From the NCBI GenBank assembly GCA_038134595.1, contig JAYPVM010000007.1, positions 32,001 to 96,000 on the forward strand: a DNA stretch of 64,000 nucleotides. The letters are read 5' to 3'. The notes under the pieces are model-generated. The model saw only the letters and a list, made by a program, of their open reading frames with translations, ran no database searches and was not told the DNA's origin. Source of the stretch: Pseudomonadota bacterium. GTDB lineage: Bacteria; Bdellovibrionota_C; UBA2361; OMII01. Both the position numbers and the translations under genes were made by a program. This document shows, one piece after another, positions 30,220 to 40,361 of this stretch (position 1 is the first letter of the stretch; the number at the start of each line of letters is the position of its first letter).

Positions 30220-31075
30220 GCTCTCGCTCTATCTCAATTTCACCAGAATCAACTACCAAGAGACCACCTTCGACCTTATGTCGTGTCTGCTCAATAGCTT
30301 CTTGGAGTTCTAATACTCGCTTGGTGCGCGCCCAAGCATCTTGAAAATTACTCGATGTCTCGTATTTACTCTGAGAGATAGCGGAGGTTATCCATACAGA
30401 ATCTCGCGCCAACGACTCCCTTCCAAGCTTTACCAGCCTGCCATAGCGGGTAGAATCACGTAACGCTTCAAAAACCTTCAGCCCAGAGTTTTGATAATCG
30501 TTTGTAGGCATCTCGGTAGCAATTTGGTCGTTGCTTACAGCGTCTCTCTGCACCAAGCTCTCCTCTCGAACATCCTGAGCACCGTCTAAATCCTCACCGA
30601 GAGCTTGAATCTCTTCCATCAGCGAAGCCCACTGCACCAAATCCTGCTTCACCGCTACAGATAGTGGCGCCACCTCAATTCGCTTCAGTGACCATTCTCC
30701 CGTTTGCCCCGTATAGGCCTCATATACTCTTCCAACAAAGCTGTCAGGCGAGCCCACTACTTTACCCGTCAATCGAAATCGCTGCTTCCTACCCTCAAAA
30801 ACAAGCGGCAGTTTCGTTACCCCAGATGGATCGGTGCAACGTACTCGCTGAGCACCAAAATCAGCCGCCCCCACTGATACAGTGAGGAAAACATCATCTT
30901 TTTTTTGCAACACGATCCACGGCAGAGCTGGCTTTCCATCAAGCCGTATATATCCTTGAAAAACTCCTGCAGAAAGAGTCGGAAATACAGCTGAGTACCT
31001 CTTATAGCCCTCCCAAGCGCCCCAGGCACCAAAAGTGAGTACAAGAAAAATTAAAACAATAAAGACTCTTTTCAT
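30194..31075 (-). CDS. hypothetical protein with N-terminal membrane anchor
   Basis: MKRVFIVLIFLVLTFGAWG, beta-rich domain then helical tail; overlaps the next ORF. Confidence 0.6.
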   Translation of the reverse strand: MKRVFIVLIFLVLTFGAWGAWEGYKRYSAVFPTLSAGVFQGYIRLDGKPALPWIVLQKKDDVFLTVSVGAADFGAQRVRCTDPSGVTKLPLVFEGRKQRFRLTGKVVGSPDSFVGRVYEAYTGQTGEWSLKRIEVAPLSVAVKQDLVQWASLMEEIQALGEDLDGAQDVREESLVQRDAVSNDQIATEMPTNDYQNSGLKVFEALRDSTRYGRLVKLGRESLARDSVWITSAISQSKYETSSNFQDAWARTKRVLELQEAIEQTRHKVEGGLLVVDSGEIEIEREHEFYQQFQ

Positions 31076-31224
31076 TCAAACCGCCCGCGTCCGGATGAAT
31101 TATACACAATACCTTTTACAAGTGCCATGACGTTACCAATCCCCAAACATTCGGGCTGACATTATCCAGATGCGTCCCTTGCCCAAAGATCCACGCAACA
31201 GAGACAAAACCTTGAAAACCAAAT

Positions 31225-31264
31225 AAAAAACCGCCCCATCCTAAAAACTAGGACGAGGCGGTTT
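31225..31264 (-). terminator. intrinsic terminator downstream of the porin gene
   Basis: Inverted repeat AAACCGCC...GGCGGTTT with inner TCCTA/TAGGA pairing, followed by a T-run on the minus strand. Confidence 0.75.
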
Positions 31265-31300
31265 CGTTAGCTCTTAGAGCTACAACCGAATCAGTTCGGT

Positions 31301-32494
31301 TTAGAAGTAGCTGCTAAGCTGGAAGACATACCGGTTTGTGGTAAAGTCTTCGCCAGCTATAGAATCATTGCGAGTAAAGTCATACCCCAACTGAGCCTTT
31401 AGGTTGTGACGCCATAGGTAGTAGTTAAGAGTAGCTGAAGCTTCGCTTAGATTGTCGTTGCCAGCACATTGTCCAGCTGCAGTACCGTTATCACAGTCTG
31501 TGTAACCGTAACGAGCAGCAATTTCCATCTTCTTAGGAGTAACGTAGTATCCACCTTGTACGTAGAACCCGCTAGCATCTCCACTGATGTCAGCGTCGTT
31601 ATTCTCATAGAAGTACTCAGCATGTACGCCTAATCCCATATATTTGGCATTAGCGTCGATGTTGATGAGTCCAGACTGGTTGGTGACTCCACCGTTAACC
31701 TTGTCTGAGTATGCGTATGTAGCACCGAACGAAGTAGCAAGCTCTTCAGTCCAGTCGATATCGCCTTCTTCTGATACGTCCATCGATCCAGTTGGATTTA
31801 CACGAACAGAAACGATACCTGTGTGTCGAGTATCAACGCCAGAAGCATTAGCACCCTCACCATCGCTCTCACCGTTGAAGATACCAGCAGAACCAGTAAT
31901 CATTCCATCAGCTAAAGCGCCATACGCCATTACACCGTTTTGTCGTCCTAGAGTGAAGTACTCTGAAACGCCTGAACGATCAACGAACTGCATGGATTGT
32001 TGATTTGTATTGAATTGACGGCTCACAGCTGTCTTGAACGCTCCCATTCGGACTCCAGCGTCATCAACGCATGGCTTCCAATCGATGTAAGCGTCTCTTA
32101 CTCCAACAGCTCCTCCCTCTGTATCCGTTGAATCAACGAAATCCGTTGATAACATGTACGAGAACTCATTGTTCATCGCTGTTCCGGATACGATCAAACG
32201 AGCACGATTAACATCAAAGCTTGATGTGTTCTCAACACCCGAATCCTCATCACGATCTGTAAATGCGTAACGAGTTTGAATCATCGTAGCGATCGAAGTT
32301 GTGAATCCTGTATCAGGAAACTCAACACGAGTTCCCTCATTCCAGTAAACCTTCGAAGCGCTCGAATCTGATGCGCCCGCAGCTTCACCCTTAGTGATTA
32401 CGCCTTTCTCTACCAAAAGATCCTCAAGCGTCTTAGCTTGAGAAACTGCTGGAGTTAAAAGCAATAAGGCTGCCACAATTGTTGCTTTTCGCAT
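31301..32494 (-). CDS. outer-membrane porin, OprO/OprP-like
   Basis: Signal peptide, LVEKGVIT, FDVNRARL, RDAYIDW, EIAARY, amphipathic beta-strands and C-terminal Phe; GGAGG upstream. Confidence 0.8.
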   Translation of the reverse strand: MRKATIVAALLLLTPAVSQAKTLEDLLVEKGVITKGEAAGASDSSASKVYWNEGTRVEFPDTGFTTSIATMIQTRYAFTDRDEDSGVENTSSFDVNRARLIVSGTAMNNEFSYMLSTDFVDSTDTEGGAVGVRDAYIDWKPCVDDAGVRMGAFKTAVSRQFNTNQQSMQFVDRSGVSEYFTLGRQNGVMAYGALADGMITGSAGIFNGESDGEGANASGVDTRHTGIVSVRVNPTGSMDVSEEGDIDWTEELATSFGATYAYSDKVNGGVTNQSGLINIDANAKYMGLGVHAEYFYENNDADISGDASGFYVQGGYYVTPKKMEIAARYGYTDCDNGTAAGQCAGNDNLSEASATLNYYLWRHNLKAQLGYDFTRNDSIAGEDFTTNRYVFQLSSYF

Positions 32495-33315
32495 GAGCCT
32501 CTAGCCTCCCAAATTGGTTAACAAGTACTACTAATAGTAAGAGGTACCAGAGAGAAACCTCCATGCACCCCCAAAAATTCTGTCAACAATCGATGAATAT
32601 ATGGCCGTACTATTCGTCCATACATTCACAGAACTGTCGTTACAACAGAATCCACGGTAAGGATCTCCGTATAACTTGGGAGGTGTCAAAGTAGAAAATA
32701 CCAACATTGCTATTTAAAACCTTGTTTGCTTTATGGCGCTCTCCGCGCCAATCTTTCAAAACAGGAAATAAAACTATACAAACCAAATATTTATAAAAAC
32801 GGCATTCTCTAGGCAAACTGGGAACCTTCGCCGACACAAGAAAAAGTCTGGACACGTTACCCAACAAACACCGTGTGATTTGAGAAGCCTTTATCCCATC
32901 CACTACCATGAGCATACCTTCGGCAAAGAGAATGCCTCGATATAGAACTTATACCGGCCCTCATTGACGCAAGGTCAGTAAAGATTGCTCTTAAAGAAAA
33001 AAAGGGGGGCCGAAAGAACCACGCGCAAAGCTTCCATGCTTTGCAACGAAAATTTTCGTAGCCATTACAATCAACAATGCCTAGCCTCGTGCTTTACAAG
33101 TAAGCCGCCTCGTCTTAAAAGCCACAGAACTGACTTCCCTGTCATTTATTAAAAATCCGGTGCCAGTAATCGTCTATCTTGCTCCTCGAAACTATTCGAA
33201 ACAGTAACGATCTGAATAAATTAATAAATAAAATAAGGCAACTAGCTTCGCTTCAACATTGATACTGCTCTTAGCGTCCTGTAACGTATCACCCAAAAGA
33301 GACAAAGAGAGGTTT

Positions 33316-34530
33316 ATGACGTCTGTTACCACGGTGGGCACACCGCCTACTCACTTTACAGAAAGGCTGATAGTGCCCGCCGCCGGAACGCTGGGCCAAT
33401 ACCTACGCTCTATTAAGGACATCCCCCTTCTCAGTTCGGAAAACGAGCGGACCTTATTTCTTTCACTACAACAGGCACGAGAAACTATTTATCGCGAAGC
33501 ATGTCGGGATAGCTTACTCAGAAGCGCCCTTATCAGCACCGTTGCGGAACTCTCAGAACGCGGAACATATCATCGGCGTGCGTTGCAATACGGTCGATCA
33601 GAACAAGCTGTTATCAAAAAAAAGCTGGCGTACAATCTCGGCACTATCCTAAGGGTCGAAGACCGGCTTTCCGCCACAAAAGAACCGCTCTGGCGGGCTC
33701 GTTATGAAGAGAAAGTAGCAACTCTTCTACATGAACTTAAATTTCAAGAAAAGCTACTCCTCGATCTGTGTCGAGACCGATTGAGCACCGAAAGGCTCCC
33801 TGGTCTTGCAAAAGCTATCGCCCGCTTTCACGATCTTCGGCAAACAATAGCTTCCGCTAATCTTCGCCTCGTCGTTTCCATAGCAAGGCGTTATCCGCAA
33901 AAACATCTACTTCACGACATAATTCAACTGGGGAACATCGGCCTCTTAAAAGCTGTGGCGCGATTTGATCCCTTGCGAAAGGTGAAGTTTTCCACCTATG
34001 CAACCCCTTGGATAAAGCAAACAATACAGCGAGAGCTAGCAGAACTGAGCGACACCGTAAAGCAACCTGGCTATTGGACATACATCGAACGACTCATCGC
34101 TAGAGCTCAAGATGAGGTAAGAATGCTAGGGCTTCCCGTCTCTGATCCCATTACTTTACATGCTTGGATGAAACAAAACCTTCCTAAAAAGACCAAGATT
34201 CCATCGGTAGCAATGATAACGACGCTCTTAACACCAAGAGATAAACTACCCTTAAACGAAAGACTGGATACTCCAATATCTTCTTCGAAACAGAAACAAA
34301 CAGAACTCTTCGGAGTCGAACTTAACTCCATTCACTCCCTCATATCCAAACTCGATCCTCGCAGAGCACGGGTTTTAACGTTGCGTTTTGGACTCGAGGG
34401 CAACGAGCCTCACACATTAGAGCAAGTCGGACACGCAATAGGTCTAACAAAGGAGCGGATTAGACAACTTCAGGATGAAGGCCTTACAATGGTCCGAACC
34501 ATCATCGACCAAAAGCAGAAAAATCAGTAA
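33316..34530 (+). CDS. RpoD-like sigma-70 family sigma factor lacking region 1.1 (paralog A)
   Basis: Region 1.2 YLRSIKDIPLLS, region 2 ANLRLVVSIARRY..IQLGNIGLLKAVARFD..FSTYATPWIKQ, region 4 LRFGL..TLEQVG..TKERIRQLQ; ATG 33316 follows GAGG. Confidence 0.9.
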   Translation: MTSVTTVGTPPTHFTERLIVPAAGTLGQYLRSIKDIPLLSSENERTLFLSLQQARETIYREACRDSLLRSALISTVAELSERGTYHRRALQYGRSEQAVIKKKLAYNLGTILRVEDRLSATKEPLWRARYEEKVATLLHELKFQEKLLLDLCRDRLSTERLPGLAKAIARFHDLRQTIASANLRLVVSIARRYPQKHLLHDIIQLGNIGLLKAVARFDPLRKVKFSTYATPWIKQTIQRELAELSDTVKQPGYWTYIERLIARAQDEVRMLGLPVSDPITLHAWMKQNLPKKTKIPSVAMITTLLTPRDKLPLNERLDTPISSSKQKQTELFGVELNSIHSLISKLDPRRARVLTLRFGLEGNEPHTLEQVGHAIGLTKERIRQLQDEGLTMVRTIIDQKQKNQ

Positions 34531-34842
34531 GAGCGCTGATAGCGACTATTCTCTGAGCAGGCTCTCCTTTACCCACGACCCAAAAGAAACGTTACGGCGC
34601 CACTTCTATGCTCGCCTCTTTGATAATAAAGCAATGTTCGACACCCCCATCAGCTCTGGCATAATGACACGCCTTGTATCTCCAAAGTTTTGGGGCATGC
34701 TCTCTCAGTTTTATCCTTCGGCATATCACGACAGAACCTAAAGCCTCTATAGCTCTTTGGCGCACAACCTAACAAATTGACTCGATTAGTAAAAAACGTC
34801 TTTTTTATGGTGTAATTGTGCGACAAAGTGTGTCGAGGTGCG

Positions 34843-35583
34843 TCAGCGACGGACTTTAATGACTTTGGCGGGAGTACCGACAGCGACACCCCAGTCTGGA
34901 ACGTCTTCAGTGACTAGGGAATGTGCGCCAATAATGGCGTGTTTTCCAATTGAAACCCCGTCTAAAACTGTCACTCTGGCGCCGAGCCAAGCATGCGCAC
35001 CTATTGAAACGCCACCACGAATATCCATCGGATTACTGATCAATGCGCCAGCACCCTCCTCAGTATGATTTCCTGGGCCTATGTAACAATACGCCCCTAT
35101 CAGGACACTCTCTCCGATAGAGATTTGAGAGTTTGTAGCGATACGACAGTATGAACCGACATTCGAACCCGCCTCAAGTCTTATACGTCCCTGTTTGGCC
35201 GCAATGGTGCTATAACGCCCGACACTCACTCTATTTGCAATCTCAATCTGAGCGTCTTTTCCCCTAGCATCGAGCGTAACATGGTCATCTAAAACAAGGC
35301 CATCTCCAACCTCTATCTGCCCGCCGCCTCGAATCGTAGCCCCCTTTCCAATGGCCGGACGCCGACCACACCGAGACAAGATCCAAGGATAGGTGACCGC
35401 TCGAAAAGCAAATCCAAGCAATCCAGGCATCCAGAAGCCGAGCCCCTGAATTACCTCGTTTAGCAATAGCTGCAGAAATCCCGCTTGGCCAACCATCAAT
35501 TGTTTATACGTAGAAAGCCCCGACCGACTAGTGTCTGAGAGAGCTTCTTGCTGAGGAGTCATCGCTGGCTGTTTGGTACACAT
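34843..35583 (-). CDS. hexapeptide-repeat (LbH) acyltransferase
   Basis: Repeated IG-x-x motifs, IGAHAWLGARVTVLDGVSIG, C-terminal GTPAKVIK. Confidence 0.9.
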   Translation of the reverse strand: MCTKQPAMTPQQEALSDTSRSGLSTYKQLMVGQAGFLQLLLNEVIQGLGFWMPGLLGFAFRAVTYPWILSRCGRRPAIGKGATIRGGGQIEVGDGLVLDDHVTLDARGKDAQIEIANRVSVGRYSTIAAKQGRIRLEAGSNVGSYCRIATNSQISIGESVLIGAYCYIGPGNHTEEGAGALISNPMDIRGGVSIGAHAWLGARVTVLDGVSIGKHAIIGAHSLVTEDVPDWGVAVGTPAKVIKVRR

Positions 35584-35837
35584 GTCAGAAAGGATACTCT
35601 ACCTAACTAGTTTGTTTCAATGCAACTTCACACATTAACTACGCACCTCAAACTGAAAGATACATTTCATATTTATAGCTAATCGCTCCATACAACACCG
35701 TCCTATTGGGTCGAATAACTAATATATTAATTTTTTACGCCAGCGCTACGACACAACCCTTGGCACAAAGCTACAAATTGCGGTAACATAAGTATCGGAA
35801 ATAATTCATGCAAACAACGACAAGGAGTAGCCTCCCA

Positions 35838-36395
35838 ATGATTTCCACACCAGATCAGTCCGGCTTTCTTACCACAACACTTGAAAGTGCCCTCGCGTGG
35901 GCTCGAAAATACTCTCTATTTTCATATCCATTCGTCACCGCCTGCTGTGGGATGGAGTTTATGTCAGTAAACTGTTCACATTACGATACAGATAGATTCG
36001 GAGCTGCACTGCCACGATTTACCCCGCGACAAGCTGATCTACTTTGGGTAGTAGGCACCGTTAATCACAAACTGGCACCGGTTCTATTACGGGTGTACGA
36101 ACAAATGACAGAACCAAAATGGGTCGTTGCGTTTGGCGCATGCGCCTCTAGTGGCGGCTTTTACGACAACTACACAACCGTTGCAGGTATCGATAAGATT
36201 ATCCCGGTCGACATGTACATCCCGGGCTGTCCACCTCGGCCAGAGACCGTGCTAGACGCTCTGCTCCACCTACAAAAAAACATCCAATCCTCAAAGCAAC
36301 AGGTAGTACCTTCACACGGTGGTAAGCAATATCACCCTGATCTACCACCTCTCCTAGGTGATCCTATCGATACTAGACTCACAAAGCCTGTATAA
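35838..36395 (+). CDS. nuoB: NADH-quinone oxidoreductase subunit B
   Basis: TACCGMEF, TPRQAD, YEQMTEPKWV, GACASSGG, YIPGCPPRPE; AAGGAG before ATG 35838 (alternative start 35808). Confidence 0.93.
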   Translation: MISTPDQSGFLTTTLESALAWARKYSLFSYPFVTACCGMEFMSVNCSHYDTDRFGAALPRFTPRQADLLWVVGTVNHKLAPVLLRVYEQMTEPKWVVAFGACASSGGFYDNYTTVAGIDKIIPVDMYIPGCPPRPETVLDALLHLQKNIQSSKQQVVPSHGGKQYHPDLPPLLGDPIDTRLTKPV

Positions 36396-36492
36396 GAATA
36401 CAGGTCGCGCTATATATAGAGATAATTAGAAGGAATTTCAAAGCACACTGCTTATCCCCAAGTAGGTATGGGATAACTATGAGCACACGCCC

Positions 36493-36520
36493 TTTGCTAG
36501 AGAGAACTATCTCTAGCAAA
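36493..36520. terminator. hairpin between convergent nuoB and helicase genes
   Basis: Perfect 11-bp inverted repeat TTTGCTAGAGA-6 nt-TCTCTAGCAAA; second hairpin TTATCCC/GGGATAA at 36452-36476. Confidence 0.55.
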
Positions 36521-36528
36521 CACTCTAA

Positions 36529-38820
36529 CTAGCGGCGCCCTCCGCCAAAAGATCTTCTCTTGGCATAATTCGGTCGATACGCATTTTTATACGTGGGCTC
36601 TGTCCGCATCACTTTGGTTAAGGCCTCCCTAATATCATCCTGCACCTGCGCTGGCGGCGTATGCGTGCGAATCCAGTAGACAGGTATCGGCGAAACCAAA
36701 ACCAGCAACCTACTCGGGTCACTGTCATACGGCTCATTCTCGATATTAATGGGCTCGCCCACCACAAAACTTGCTTCATCTGATACAAGCGAGCCAGCAA
36801 CAACTTCTCGCACACCTCCAGAGCCTACAACAGGCTTTACTCTCATTTTATCGGAACTGCGCCGCGAAGGGACCACCCTCCACCATCTATCGTATTGAGC
36901 GTACAACGACTCCATCAACAGCTGTCGCATCGACGTTGATAGGACGCTAGAACGCGCATCAGGATCTATAGACAAACGCTCACAAACATCTCGTCTCGTA
37001 TCGCGGGCAAGGTGGAAATGATTTACATGTGCACCAACATTCTCCAACTGCGCCTCAGAAGCACCCAGCAAGGCCTCCAAAAACTGCATTTGCGCCACCA
37101 CATCAGAATCTATCTCTCCAACGCAGAACCTCTTCCACGAAGATATCTGGCGAGCACTGCGTCCATCACGACATTGCTCCTTCGACATCCTCGCCTCTCG
37201 AGAGAGGATACCTTTGGCCTCCATTACAGCTGCCACACCGATGGCCGGTAACAACAACTCCTCTGGCTTCAAATCCCGCTCCTCTGTTATGGCTTGAGCT
37301 TTTGCAACCACAATTCCCGAGTGAATACTAAGCGGCAAATTAGCAACCGCACGCCCCAAATGGGTGATATGTCCTTGAGGGCCGATTAAGTTATTGCTGT
37401 ACAGAGAGTCCTTAGCAAACTGAATGTTTTGCGCTGGCGCCGGATACAAAAGCTCCGAATTAAACTTTTCAAAATCCCGTTCAGCAGCAGCAATATCAAG
37501 CATTATTCTATCGACTGGCTGACTCTGCATTTGTGGCATGTCACTGTGCGGTAGCCGTTCGTACGGCAACCAGCCATGGTAGATAAATTCACCCGGAGCA
37601 GTTCGACCAACTCGGCCCCGCTTTTGATTGTACATATTCTGAGAGTCCTCTCTAATCACCAGTGAGCGGACTCCCTCATCATCAAGCTCCTCAAATCTAT
37701 CAAAACCGGTACATATCACTCGCTCCATCCCTAGCGGCGTCAAACTCGATTGTGCAATCTTTGTCGCAACTATAATCTTAACTTCTCCCTGCTCCGGTTG
37801 ATAATTGATGGCCTCTCGTTGCTCCGAACGCGGCATCTCGCCATGCAACCCAAATATGATTACATTACCTCCCGATCGAGCCTCAAGCTGAGAGGTAAGT
37901 TCCTCTATCTGACGTTTCCCCGGAACAAAAACCAAGGTGCTTTTGTTCCCTCGAAGAACATCTTCAACCAAAGACGTCCCCTTTGCGATGTCAATAATAG
38001 GCTTCTGTGTGTCAGGGATCTCAAAAAATGCTGGTTCGACGTTCATTGTGGCAAAGGACTTCGCAAAAGGCTCTCTGGCAATCGTTGCGCTCGTCACTAC
38101 TATTTTAATCGGCTCTCCGCGCTCGATTCGCTCCTTCAGTAAAGCAAGAATCGCGTGCCCCTCCTGAGTATTCTCGTGAAGCTCATCGAGAATATAAACG
38201 GTTGGATCCGTGATCGGTGTTCTGCTATGCAACAAGCGCTTCCACTCATACCCCTCAGTGGCAAATATTGCTTGAGCGTCTCGTGATAGCTCCTTGGCCT
38301 TGCCGTGGCGAAATCCCACGTGTTCCCCGACCTCACTGTCATGCAAAAAAGCAACTCGCCTTCCATTCTCCTCGCAGGGAGCTCGTCTCGGATTCGTACT
38401 TACTACCCGAAATCCCTCCTCTAAGAGGAACAGGGGAAGAAGTGTACTCTTGCCCGTACCTGTTGGTGCGCTGACTATCGTAACGGGATTCTCTCTGATT
38501 AGATTAACAAGCTCTGCACGATAGCGCTCAAGTGGGTAGCCAAAAACGAGCGGACTAGTCGATTCCTCTCGTGAATCAAGCTTTGAAGCAGGCTTTTGTC
38601 GGTTGCGACGATTCCATAGAAGGCGACTTAAAAGACTGGTAGGTGGTGTGCTGGAGGCCGCTGTGTTTGCTCCAAAACGCGGAGTCCCATAAGTACTCAC
38701 CCCATAGTTGTTCGATTGAGGGTATGTATCAACGACACTTAAATCAATAAGCGGGCGACTCTGAGGACGTTGCTGTCTCATTACCTTAGCCCGACTTCCC
38801 GAGTGCCCCATACTGCCCAT
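36529..38820 (-). CDS. divergent DExH-box (HrpA/Prp43-like) RNA helicase
   Basis: APTGTGKST, TNPRR, TEG, ILDELHE, TSAT, LVFVPG, LHG, ATKIAQSSLT, QKRGRVGR, HA2-like ITHLGRAVANLPL. Confidence 0.85.
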   Translation of the reverse strand: MGSMGHSGSRAKVMRQQRPQSRPLIDLSVVDTYPQSNNYGVSTYGTPRFGANTAASSTPPTSLLSRLLWNRRNRQKPASKLDSREESTSPLVFGYPLERYRAELVNLIRENPVTIVSAPTGTGKSTLLPLFLLEEGFRVVSTNPRRAPCEENGRRVAFLHDSEVGEHVGFRHGKAKELSRDAQAIFATEGYEWKRLLHSRTPITDPTVYILDELHENTQEGHAILALLKERIERGEPIKIVVTSATIAREPFAKSFATMNVEPAFFEIPDTQKPIIDIAKGTSLVEDVLRGNKSTLVFVPGKRQIEELTSQLEARSGGNVIIFGLHGEMPRSEQREAINYQPEQGEVKIIVATKIAQSSLTPLGMERVICTGFDRFEELDDEGVRSLVIREDSQNMYNQKRGRVGRTAPGEFIYHGWLPYERLPHSDMPQMQSQPVDRIMLDIAAAERDFEKFNSELLYPAPAQNIQFAKDSLYSNNLIGPQGHITHLGRAVANLPLSIHSGIVVAKAQAITEERDLKPEELLLPAIGVAAVMEAKGILSREARMSKEQCRDGRSARQISSWKRFCVGEIDSDVVAQMQFLEALLGASEAQLENVGAHVNHFHLARDTRRDVCERLSIDPDARSSVLSTSMRQLLMESLYAQYDRWWRVVPSRRSSDKMRVKPVVGSGGVREVVAGSLVSDEASFVVGEPINIENEPYDSDPSRLLVLVSPIPVYWIRTHTPPAQVQDDIREALTKVMRTEPTYKNAYRPNYAKRRSFGGGRR

Positions 38821-39069
38821 GACCCCTCCACATCTAGGTTTTTAAGCGGCTTTCTTGTAGCATCTACAGTAAAATTAGCCGCCTCTTCTTCTATCGGACC
38901 CCCACTCATAAAACAAGAAAAAAAATCGCAGATTCTCCCAATATCACAAACTTCTAACACCTCCCCTCGACGTCTGTGCGAAATAGATCTTTTCAGTCAG
39001 ATCCTATCTTTCCCCAACGTTGCATAGCAAACCCGCGATCCTGTATCCTAGTCGCCCGAGGCTTACATC

Positions 39070-40263
39070 ATGACGACTATGCTCCCAGATCAAAATCCCC
39101 CGATCGCTCAAGGAGGGCTACAACCCTACCTAAGCTCCATCAGTGACATTCCACTGCTGACACCTAACGAGGAGCGTGCTCTCTTTGCAGAGATCGTAGA
39201 GCAGCGACAAATACTCACTGAAGCGGCATTTAGCGTGCCCGAAATCTGCGCAAAGGGCCTAGAGATATTTCAACACTTGCATACAAGTTCAAGAGACCCG
39301 CGAAATTTTCTTGAATTTGGGCAACGAGAAGCAACGGCGATCCCCAAGAAGCTCGCCTCTCACGTTCCCTTACTCCAGGCCCTATCAACTCGAAAACAGC
39401 GAGTAAGACTCGGCACTGAAAAAGCCCTCATTGAGAAAAAAATCGGAATCCTCGCCTATGAACTTCGCCTAAAAGACAAAATCCTACACGGGCTCATTAC
39501 CGATCATCTTAAAACACATGATAACCCTACACTCTCTCATGCGCTTCAAGAAGCTATCGCACTGCGAAATAAGGCAATGGAATCTAACCTACGCTTGGTT
39601 ATATCAATCGCAAAAAAACATCCAAAAAAGGGGTATCTTCTAGATGCCATTCAAGGTGGTAACACCGGGCTCATGCGAGCTGTAGAGCGCTTCGAGCCAA
39701 AACTAGGCTACCGATTCTCAACGTACGCCACACCGTGGATTAGGCAGGGCATACAAAATACCATGAAAACTGCCGGTAAAATCATCGACGAGCCAAGTTA
39801 TCTAAATGAAGTACGCAATGATATCGAACAAGCTCGGTATGCATTAGGAGAAGAGGGCGCCGCTGAAACAGAAGCCGCTGAAATTCATAGCTGGCTTCGA
39901 AGGAACCCTTCACCCAAGGCAAAGGTCGCCTCAGAAAAAATTATCGCAGCCGCTCTAACCGACCGAAAGCAGTTATCTTTAAGTGATTTAACTCTACCAT
40001 CATACACCCCTCCGCCAACCCTAGATGAAGTTTTAGGTATCGACATAGATGTACTACACCAGGCACTGGCGACACTCCCCGAAAGAGAGAGGTACGTCAT
40101 CAAAAAACGCTTTGCATTAGCGATAGATGGCACAACACACGCCGAGCAAACCCTAGAGGACGTTGGTAACGAACTTGGAATCTCAAAAGAGAGGGTCAGG
40201 CAACTTCAAAACAAAGGGCTCCAAAAATTACGCGAGCATCTTGAGAGACGCATCATTCCTTAA
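39070..40263 (+). CDS. RpoD-like sigma-70 family sigma factor lacking region 1.1 (paralog B)
   Basis: YLSSISDIPLLTPNEE, SNLRLVISIAKKH, IQGGNTGLMRAVERFE..FSTYATPWIRQ, TLEDVG..SKERVRQLQ. Confidence 0.9.
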   Translation: MTTMLPDQNPPIAQGGLQPYLSSISDIPLLTPNEERALFAEIVEQRQILTEAAFSVPEICAKGLEIFQHLHTSSRDPRNFLEFGQREATAIPKKLASHVPLLQALSTRKQRVRLGTEKALIEKKIGILAYELRLKDKILHGLITDHLKTHDNPTLSHALQEAIALRNKAMESNLRLVISIAKKHPKKGYLLDAIQGGNTGLMRAVERFEPKLGYRFSTYATPWIRQGIQNTMKTAGKIIDEPSYLNEVRNDIEQARYALGEEGAAETEAAEIHSWLRRNPSPKAKVASEKIIAAALTDRKQLSLSDLTLPSYTPPPTLDEVLGIDIDVLHQALATLPERERYVIKKRFALAIDGTTHAEQTLEDVGNELGISKERVRQLQNKGLQKLREHLERRIIP

Positions 40264-40361
40264 CATCAGGATTTTTTCTCGAAGAGAAAATCTCTTGGGA
40301 TTGAGTCGCCCCCTCCTATCAATAGGGCCGCAGTTGCTCGGATGATAATCATCGAGACAGG

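Noticed and set aside
32620..32642. Pho-box-like CATTCACAGAACTGTCGT upstream of the OprO/P-like porin
   Set aside because: Several mismatches and orientation opposite to the porin gene; insufficient support
32640..32915. 91-aa ORF in the porin-sigma intergenic region
   Set aside because: No motif or RBS; the region looks like AT-rich regulatory DNA
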